DNA of 11,375 nucleotides from Gemmatimonadota bacterium. GTDB taxonomy: Bacteria; Gemmatimonadota; Gemmatimonadetes; Gemmatimonadales; GWC2-71-9. Made by a program: the position numbers and the translations under genes. The stretch's first letter is position 1. The number at the start of each line of letters is the position of its first letter. The notes under the pieces were generated by a model that did not search any database, was not told where the DNA came from, and saw nothing but the letters and a program-made list of their open reading frames with translations. The stretch is from assembly GCA_003221005.1 (NCBI GenBank), contig QHTZ01000067.1, positions 1-11,375 on the forward strand, read 5' to 3'. This document shows, one piece after another, positions 6,189 through 11,375 of this stretch.

Positions 6189-8064
6189 CTGGTACCGAGA
6201 GCGCAAACCCGGGGGCTTGGGGGAGTCCGGCGCGGTGGATCGAGATCACTTCACCGTCGGCGTTGAAGAGAGGACTGCCCGAAGAGCCGCCGATCGTCAT
6301 GCCGTCGAACTGAATCAGGTCATCGGTGACCCGGGAGATGATCCCCGCGGTCATGGACGTGCGCACCGCCGCCGAGCGTGACCCCGCTCGAGCGAAGCCG
6401 GCGCCAGCCGGATAGCCGATGAGGGCTGCTGGTTCACCTTGCCGCGCCCTGGCACCCCCCCAATCGATTCCCGTCACGTAAGGGCCCTGATACCCGCGGA
6501 TCTTGAGGAGCGCGATGTCGCGCGGCTGCGAGGCGGCGATGACGTCCGCGAAGCGCGCGTCTGCATGATCCGCCATCGTCACCCAGATGGTGTCGGCTCG
6601 CGCGTTGTTCGAATCGGCCACGACGTGCCAGTTGGTGAGCATGTAGCCGTCCGGGCTGATCACAAACCCCGACCCGCTGTAGTACTGGCGACCGAGCGAG
6701 ACCGTGATCAGGCCTACGGCACCCTGGTCTCGTTGCGCCATGCTCGCGAAATCGGTGCCGCGGATGGCGCGCAGTTTGGCCTCAACGCCGGCGGTCTGCT
6801 GCTCCGCGGCCGTGACGGCGTGTCGCAAGCTGTCAATGAGCCCCGGCGACGGAGCCCGGCGCTCGGCCGCCGCCAGTTCGTCGCGTAGCCGCTGCACTTC
6901 GCTTTGAGCCGCGACCCGGCGTGCCTCGCCTGCGGCGAGCTGCTCGGAGACCGCGGCTTGGGCGCGCCCCAGCGCGACCCCCAGCTCGGCGGTGCGCGCC
7001 TGTGCCGATTCGAGCTGGGCTCGGAGGCTGTCCACCCGCGCCGCTGGCGCGGCCGCCGCCCGGGCCGCTGCGAGCTCCTGCCGCAGCCGCTCGGCCTCGG
7101 CGCGCGTCGAGTCTCCGGCGCTACGCTGCTGCGCCGCACTCGCCGCGACTTCCCCGGAAAGGAGCCAGTAGACGGCGTAGACGGCGCCGCCCAGCAGCAG
7201 CACCAGGACGAAGGTGAGCGCCGCGAGCCAGCGGAGCTTGCGACGCGAATCATGGCCCATTTCCGCAGCCAGCGCCCGCAGGAACGCAGTCGATCTCCGG
7301 CCGCCTCGCCGTCGTTCCTCGCGCGCCCGCGTCAGCGCAGCGCCGATCATGCCTCGCAACGGGCGGCCCGCTCGCCCGGGAATCCGAGCCGCCGCCATGG
7401 GGGCGGTGCCGAGCCCCTCGACGATCAGCACAGGCCCGCTCCGGCCGAGCGTGATGTGGTCGCCCAGTCGCAGCGGGAGCAGACCCGTCACCCGGTCGCC
7501 ATTCACAAAGGTGCCGTTCTTGCTGCCGGCATCGCGGATCATGAGCCCGCCCGACTGCCCGATTGTGAGCTCGGCGTGCACACGAGACACGATGGCTTCG
7601 GCTTCCCCCGCCAGCTGGATCTCGCACTCGCGCCCGCGGCCGAGCCGGATGCGTGTGCCCCGCCCCTCGTAACGCCCGCCGGTGGCGGCGTGAAGCAGCG
7701 AGACCGCGTACGCCCGCATCTCGATCGCGGGGTGCTCGGCCACGGTCGGAGCCACCTCCTCGGTGACTGCCGCGACGGTGAGCTTGGGACCCGAATCGCC
7801 CAGGGAAATCTTGTCGCCGACCTTGAGCGGGACGGCGCCGGTCACGCGGGCCCCGTTCACAAGGGTGCCGTTACGGCTGCCAAGGTCGACCAGGTGCCAT
7901 CCGCCACTCGTGTGGCGGACTTCGGCGTGACGCGCCGAGACGACGTTGGCTTCGTCACCGCTGAAGACGATGGTGGAGCCGGGATCGCGGCCGAGCCGCA
8001 CGACGGGTTCGCGGGCCTCGATGGAGCGCCCGGTCGCGAGAGCGACAAGCTTGAGGTACGGCAC
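6127..8064 (-). CDS. Membrane-anchored trypsin-like (S1/HtrA-like, no PDZ) serine protease with two N-terminal FHA domains and a coiled coil
   Basis: Two FHA motifs (LGR...VSxxHA...DxGSxNGTxVNG), a hydrophobic TM (WLAALTFVLVLLLGGAVYAVYWLL) after a basic patch, an Ala/Glu/Arg coiled coil, and the triad TNWHVV / DIALLKI / GSSGSPL. GTG start. Confidence 0.9.
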   Translation of the reverse strand: MPYLKLVALATGRSIEAREPVVRLGRDPGSTIVFSGDEANVVSARHAEVRHTSGGWHLVDLGSRNGTLVNGARVTGAVPLKVGDKISLGDSGPKLTVAAVTEEVAPTVAEHPAIEMRAYAVSLLHAATGGRYEGRGTRIRLGRGRECEIQLAGEAEAIVSRVHAELTIGQSGGLMIRDAGSKNGTFVNGDRVTGLLPLRLGDHITLGRSGPVLIVEGLGTAPMAAARIPGRAGRPLRGMIGAALTRAREERRRGGRRSTAFLRALAAEMGHDSRRKLRWLAALTFVLVLLLGGAVYAVYWLLSGEVAASAAQQRSAGDSTRAEAERLRQELAAARAAAAPAARVDSLRAQLESAQARTAELGVALGRAQAAVSEQLAAGEARRVAAQSEVQRLRDELAAAERRAPSPGLIDSLRHAVTAAEQQTAGVEAKLRAIRGTDFASMAQRDQGAVGLITVSLGRQYYSGSGFVISPDGYMLTNWHVVADSNNARADTIWVTMADHADARFADVIAASQPRDIALLKIRGYQGPYVTGIDWGGARARQGEPAALIGYPAGAGFARAGSRSAAVRTSMTAGIISRVTDDLIQFDGMTIGGSSGSPLFNADGEVISIHRAGLPQAPGFALSVPVKQAIPLLPDPLKQQLMHLP

Positions 8065-8070
8065 GGGGCG

Positions 8071-8099
8071 ATAGTAGGAACGCGCCGCCGTGCCGTCAA
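8071..8099 (-). promoter_or_regulatory. sigma70-type promoter giving a leaderless transcript of the FHA protease
   Basis: TTGACG(8099-8094)-N17-TACTAT(8076-8071)-N6-GTG(8064). No Shine-Dalgarno. Confidence 0.75.
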
Positions 8100-8111
8100 C
8101 GGAGCGGGGTG

Positions 8112-8363
8112 CTACACCACCGGGAAGGGTCCGGAACGCCTGCGGCGATCGGGTACGATGCGTCGGGCGATGCCGCTGCGACGAACGACGCGGCGCCGCT
8201 CGATCCCGCTGCGGCGGTCACCCCCGGAGCGGCGATCGACCGCGGCCGCGAGCGCCTGTTGACGACGCTCGCGGCCAGCCCGGCGCTCCTCACCCGAACG
8301 GCGGTCCTGGAGCGCGCGGCGGTCGGGGTTCCTGCGGCGGCCGGGCAGCGCGGGCGGGCCCAC
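8112..8363 (-). CDS. Small Arg-rich (D/E)RR-repeat protein A, hypothetical
   Basis: 83 aa, 27 Arg, mostly in a 6-residue period (DRRALQ DRRSGE ERRAGR ERRQ..V DRRSGG DRRSGI ERR). It fills the gap between co-oriented genes and is similar to 8937-9185. Start uncertain. Confidence 0.7.
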   Translation of the reverse strand: MGPPALPGRRRNPDRRALQDRRSGEERRAGRERRQQALAAAVDRRSGGDRRSGIERRRVVRRSGIARRIVPDRRRRSGPFPVV

Positions 8364-8398
8364 AGGCGGGCCAACCTACGGGCGGGCCAGCCGGCGCG

Positions 8399-8788
8399 CT
8401 AGTGCGCGCGGAGCCGCACGTCGAGGTCGGTGACAACCGCGCGCGGCGCCTCATGACGGACCCAGCCACGGTGGCGGCCGCGATCCCGTACTTCTGCGAC
8501 ACTGCGGACCGCCACGCGCTGACCCTGCGGCGTCACGAACAGCCGGACGACTTCATCATCGCCGCGCCGCGCCCAGATGACGCGGTTCGGGCCGCGCCGA
8601 GCCACGTGGTAGACGACATACCCGCGGCTCACCAGCACTTCGCGGGAGACCACCACTACCCGGTCGACCGGTACCTCATAGACCGCGACGGGCGGCTCTG
8701 CGTACACCACCTCGGCGCTCATGTAGCCACCACCGGACAGGCAAGCCGTCGCCGCCAGCAGCAGCGGCAAGGGAAGGAGCCGTCTCAT
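8399..8788 (-). CDS. Small hypothetical lipoprotein
   Basis: GGAGG 5 nt before ATG 8788. MRRLLPLPLLLAATA/C forms a signal peptide II with lipobox. Val/Arg-rich mature part, 129 aa. Confidence 0.75.
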   Translation of the reverse strand: MRRLLPLPLLLAATACLSGGGYMSAEVVYAEPPVAVYEVPVDRVVVVSREVLVSRGYVVYHVARRGPNRVIWARRGDDEVVRLFVTPQGQRVAVRSVAEVRDRGRHRGWVRHEAPRAVVTDLDVRLRAH

Positions 8789-8886
8789 GAAGCCTCCACT
8801 TCTAGAGCGTACACCTGCTTGGGCTTCATAAAGACCCCGGGACCCGGTCGGTTGTTGCTTGGTTCCGGCGGGTGACGCGGTCCCCC

Positions 8887-8902
8887 CGTGACGAAGGTCA
8901 CA
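8887..8902. promoter_or_regulatory. CRP/FNR-family binding site upstream of the lipoprotein gene
   Basis: Minus strand TGTGA-ccttcg-TCACG, a 9/10 match to TGTGA-N6-TCACA. Intergenic, ~100 bp upstream of ATG 8788. An extra GTGACG lies at 8872-8877. Confidence 0.55.
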
Positions 8903-8936
8903 CTGCGTGCCCACGCGTGCGGGGCTCGGCGGCGGG

Positions 8937-9185
8937 CTAGTCGAGGAGAAGGTCGGGGAACGAGAGGCCCGACCGGCGGCGATCGACGGGCCCGCGTCGC
9001 GGCGTCGGGCTACGCCGCTCCGCGAGCGTCCGTCGGTTCACCGCTCCTCGCCGGTTCACGAGCACTGCGGCGTGCACCTGGCGACGCTCGAAGGTGCGGC
9101 GGTGAAGACCCCGCCGGCGGTCGCCCAGGAGCCGCCGCTCGACGATATGACGCGGCTCGAAACGGCGTGCGTCCACGAGCTGCAA
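8937..9185 (-). CDS. Small Arg-rich (D/E/N)RR-repeat protein B, hypothetical
   Basis: 82 aa, 23 Arg: ERRLLG DRRRGL HRRTF ERRQVHAAVLV NRRGAV NRRTLA ERRSPT PRRGPV DRRRSG. Colinear with protein A. Start is TTG 9185 or GTG 9176. Confidence 0.7.
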   Translation of the reverse strand: MQLVDARRFEPRHIVERRLLGDRRRGLHRRTFERRQVHAAVLVNRRGAVNRRTLAERRSPTPRRGPVDRRRSGLSFPDLLLD

Positions 9186-9203
9186 TTTGTGGCGCGCGCC
9201 CGG

Positions 9204-10235
9204 TCAACGCCAGCGGAAGATGCGCAGCGCGACGCTGAAGCTGGCGAGACCCCACGCGGCGACGATCGCGAGCGGCACGCCCAGCGCCGCGAGTGACACG
9301 CCATCGATCATCACAGCGCGGAGCGAATCGTTCAGCGCGGTGAGCGGCAGCGCGCGGACGAACGGCTGCATCGCGTCGGGAAACCGGGCGTAGGAAAAGA
9401 ACGTGCCGGAGAGGATCCACATCGGCAGCATCACCAGGTTCATCAGGCCGGAGACCGCCTCGACGGTCCGTGCGCGGCTCGCCACGAGCATGCCCAAGCC
9501 GGCGAACGACAACGCGCCCAGCACCGTGACCAGCGCGAGCGCCGTGACCGAGCCGCGGATGCCCACTCGAAACATCACCCACCCGAAACCGACGAGCGCG
9601 GCGATCTCGACCACGAGGAAGACGAGCCGCGACAGGATGAACGAGAGCAGGTAGTCGCTCCTGCGCATCGGGGTCGCCATCAAGCGCTTGAGGAGCTTCT
9701 TCGATCGCGCCTGCACCACGGCGAAGCCCACCCCCCACAACCCGCTCCCCATCAAGTTCATGCCGAGGAGCCCCGGGATCAGGAAGTCGATGTAGCGCGA
9801 GCCCGGCTCAGTCACCCGTTCGTCGCGCACCGCCGCCGGATCCGTACGCCCGCGGGCGCGCTGCAGGACCTCGTCCACCTCGAGGCGAGCGAGACGGCTC
9901 TCGGTGCGCGTCGAGTCGTAGCGGTAGACGACCGGCTCCCCCGGCGCGACCAGAAGCGCGATCCGGCCCGCGCGGAGGGCCGCGCGCGCCTCCGCGGGGT
10001 CGAGCACCCGTGCGGCGAGCGCCGGGGAGTGGTCGAGCACGGCGGCGATGCTGGAATCCCCGGGCCCCGGCGCCACACCGACGCGCAGCTCCCCGGGCCC
10101 GCGGTTACGGAACGCGATGCCGAGCGCGAACGCGAGCACGATCGGGAACCCGAACACCCAGAAGATTGCCTCCGGCTCGCGGTAGAACTCGCGCATGCGG
10201 GCCAGGGTCAACTGGCCGAGGGGGTGGTCACGCAT
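9204..10235 (-). CDS. ABC-2 type exporter permease
   Basis: N-terminal REFYREP + TM, an extracytoplasmic loop, YIDFLIPGLLGM, LKRLMATP, five further TMs and LSGTFFS...LPLT. Overlaps the ATPase stop by 8 bp. Confidence 0.93.
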   Translation of the reverse strand: MRDHPLGQLTLARMREFYREPEAIFWVFGFPIVLAFALGIAFRNRGPGELRVGVAPGPGDSSIAAVLDHSPALAARVLDPAEARAALRAGRIALLVAPGEPVVYRYDSTRTESRLARLEVDEVLQRARGRTDPAAVRDERVTEPGSRYIDFLIPGLLGMNLMGSGLWGVGFAVVQARSKKLLKRLMATPMRRSDYLLSFILSRLVFLVVEIAALVGFGWVMFRVGIRGSVTALALVTVLGALSFAGLGMLVASRARTVEAVSGLMNLVMLPMWILSGTFFSYARFPDAMQPFVRALPLTALNDSLRAVMIDGVSLAALGVPLAIVAAWGLASFSVALRIFRWR

Positions 10236-11169
10236 CGCGCAGCTGCCGCCCCGTGAGAGAGACGAAAACGTCCTCCAGCGTGGCGTGGTGCGTCGTGAGC
10301 AGCGACAGGGCGGCGCCGCGCCGCTCCAGCAAGGCGAGAAGCGCGGGCACCGTGCGATGGACTTCGGTCACGGTGAGCGCGGTGCGTTCCGGCCCGGTGC
10401 GCACCGCGCGCACACCGGGTAACGCGGCGAGGTCTGCGGTGAAGAGCCCGGCCGCCGCGCCGTCGGCGAGCGCAAACTCCACGACGTGCTCAGCGCCGAG
10501 CGTGGCGACGAGGCTCGGAGGCGAGCCGAGGGCGATGACGCGCCCGTGATCCATGATTGCTACGCGGTCGCACAGGCGCTCGGCCTCTTCCATGTAATGC
10601 GTGGTGAGAAGCACCGTGCCGCCCGCCTTGCGGAACCGGCCGATGACCTCCCACAACTCGCGCCGCGAGTGCGGGTCGAGCCCCGTAGTGGGCTCGTCAA
10701 GGAACAGGAGCTCGGGCTGGCTCACGAGCGCGCAGGCCACCGACAGCCGCTGTTTCTGCCCGCCCGAGAGCTTGCTCACCCAGGAGCGCCGCTTGTCCTC
10801 GAGGTCGACGAGACGCAGCACCTCGTCCACCGAGTGCGAGCGGCGGTACAAGCTCGCGAACAGCCGTACCGTCTCCTCCACGGTGAGCTTGTCGGCGAGC
10901 TGGGTTTCCTGGAGCTGAATGCCCAGCCGCTCCTGGAGCGCGCGCCCGCCGGCGCCTTCCCGGTCGGCCCACGGGACGCCCAGCACCTCCACCTCCCCGG
11001 CATCGGGCGAGGTGAGGCCCTCGAGAATCTCGATGGTGGTGGTCTTGCCGGCGCCGTTCGGCCCGAGCAGGCCGAAGCATTCGCCCAGCTCCACGGCGAG
11101 ATCCAAGCCGGCCACGGCGACCACGTCGCCGTAACGCTTGACGAGCCCCGCGCAGCGGATCCCGAGCAC
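10228..11169 (-). CDS. ABC transporter ATP-binding protein (DrrA/NodI-like exporter family)
   Basis: Walker A GPNGAGKTT, signature LSGGQKQR, Walker B LFLDEPTTGLD, H-loop TTHYMEEAE, C-terminal TLEDVFVSLTG. Confidence 0.96.
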   Translation of the reverse strand: MLGIRCAGLVKRYGDVVAVAGLDLAVELGECFGLLGPNGAGKTTTIEILEGLTSPDAGEVEVLGVPWADREGAGGRALQERLGIQLQETQLADKLTVEETVRLFASLYRRSHSVDEVLRLVDLEDKRRSWVSKLSGGQKQRLSVACALVSQPELLFLDEPTTGLDPHSRRELWEVIGRFRKAGGTVLLTTHYMEEAERLCDRVAIMDHGRVIALGSPPSLVATLGAEHVVEFALADGAAAGLFTADLAALPGVRAVRTGPERTALTVTEVHRTVPALLALLERRGAALSLLTTHHATLEDVFVSLTGRQLRDA

Positions 11170-11171
11170 CC

Positions 11172-11375
11172 TCAGGCGCGCTTGTCGCCGGCCCGCTTGG
11201 GCTCGGGAGTGGACGCGATCTTGCGCGCTTGGTCGAGCTGCATGACCAGGCTGTTCACGCCTTCGGTGAGGCCGCGGATCTTCATGTTGATGCCGCCCCC
11301 CCGCCCGGCCATCACCGACATCGCTCCTGCGACGTCGGCGATCGTCCCGATGTTGGAGGTGATGGCGCGCTGCCG
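11172..11375 (-). CDS. C-terminal part of a hypothetical protein (5' end outside window)
   Basis: Open frame ...RQRAITSNIGTIADVAGAMSVMAGRGGGINMKIRGLTEGVNSLVMQLDQARKIASTPEPKRAGDKRA* with GC-rich third positions. Stop is 2 nt before the ABC ATPase GTG. Confidence 0.75.
   Translation of the reverse strand, partial: RQRAITSNIGTIADVAGAMSVMAGRGGGINMKIRGLTEGVNSLVMQLDQARKIASTPEPKRAGDKRA

Noticed and set aside
6904-8262. 452-aa + strand ORF and other long antisense ORFs (1555-2247, 4253-5008, 8090-8875)
   Set aside because: Shadow frames of well-supported genes in high-GC DNA, with no recognisable motifs.
8353-8388. Three GGCGGGCC direct repeats near the start of RR protein A
   Set aside because: Short, all-GC and irregularly spaced, so plausible by chance at this GC content. 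Not CRISPR-like.
8789-8914. N-terminal extension of the lipoprotein ORF
   Set aside because: ATG 8788 has GGAGG and starts the lipoprotein signal. The extension covers regulatory DNA.
9198-9212. GG-N10-GC (TGGCGTTGACCGGGC) upstream of RR protein B as a sigma54 promoter
   Set aside because: Lacks the CAC and TTGC context, overlaps the permease stop, and has no GTTAC-N6-GTAAC site upstream.

Overview
GC-rich bacterial window. Gene content, leaderless-type starts and protein style suggest Gemmatimonadota, but that is an impression only. Left part (minus strand): a secreted Ig-like/DUF11 protein and the first 18 codons of a further gene. Each is preceded by its own sigma54 (-24/-12) promoter and by a shared palindromic GTTAC-N6-GTAAC enhancer-like site, directly downstream of an NtrC-family sigma54 activator. 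Divergent from the activator are a single-domain response regulator and a translationally coupled hybrid kinase with an unusual Hpt-GAF-PAS-HisKA-HATPase-pseudoREC-REC order. Right part (all minus strand): a partial hypothetical gene, an ABC-2 exporter (ATPase + permease), two small paralogous Arg-rich (D/E/N)RR-repeat proteins flanking a lipoprotein that has a CRP-type site upstream, and a leaderless membrane-anchored FHA-FHA-TM-coiled-coil trypsin-like protease. No RNA genes, CRISPR arrays or mobile elements were seen. The best candidates for an undescribed system are a phosphorelay/sigma54-controlled DUF11 fibre locus and the pair of RR-repeat microproteins.
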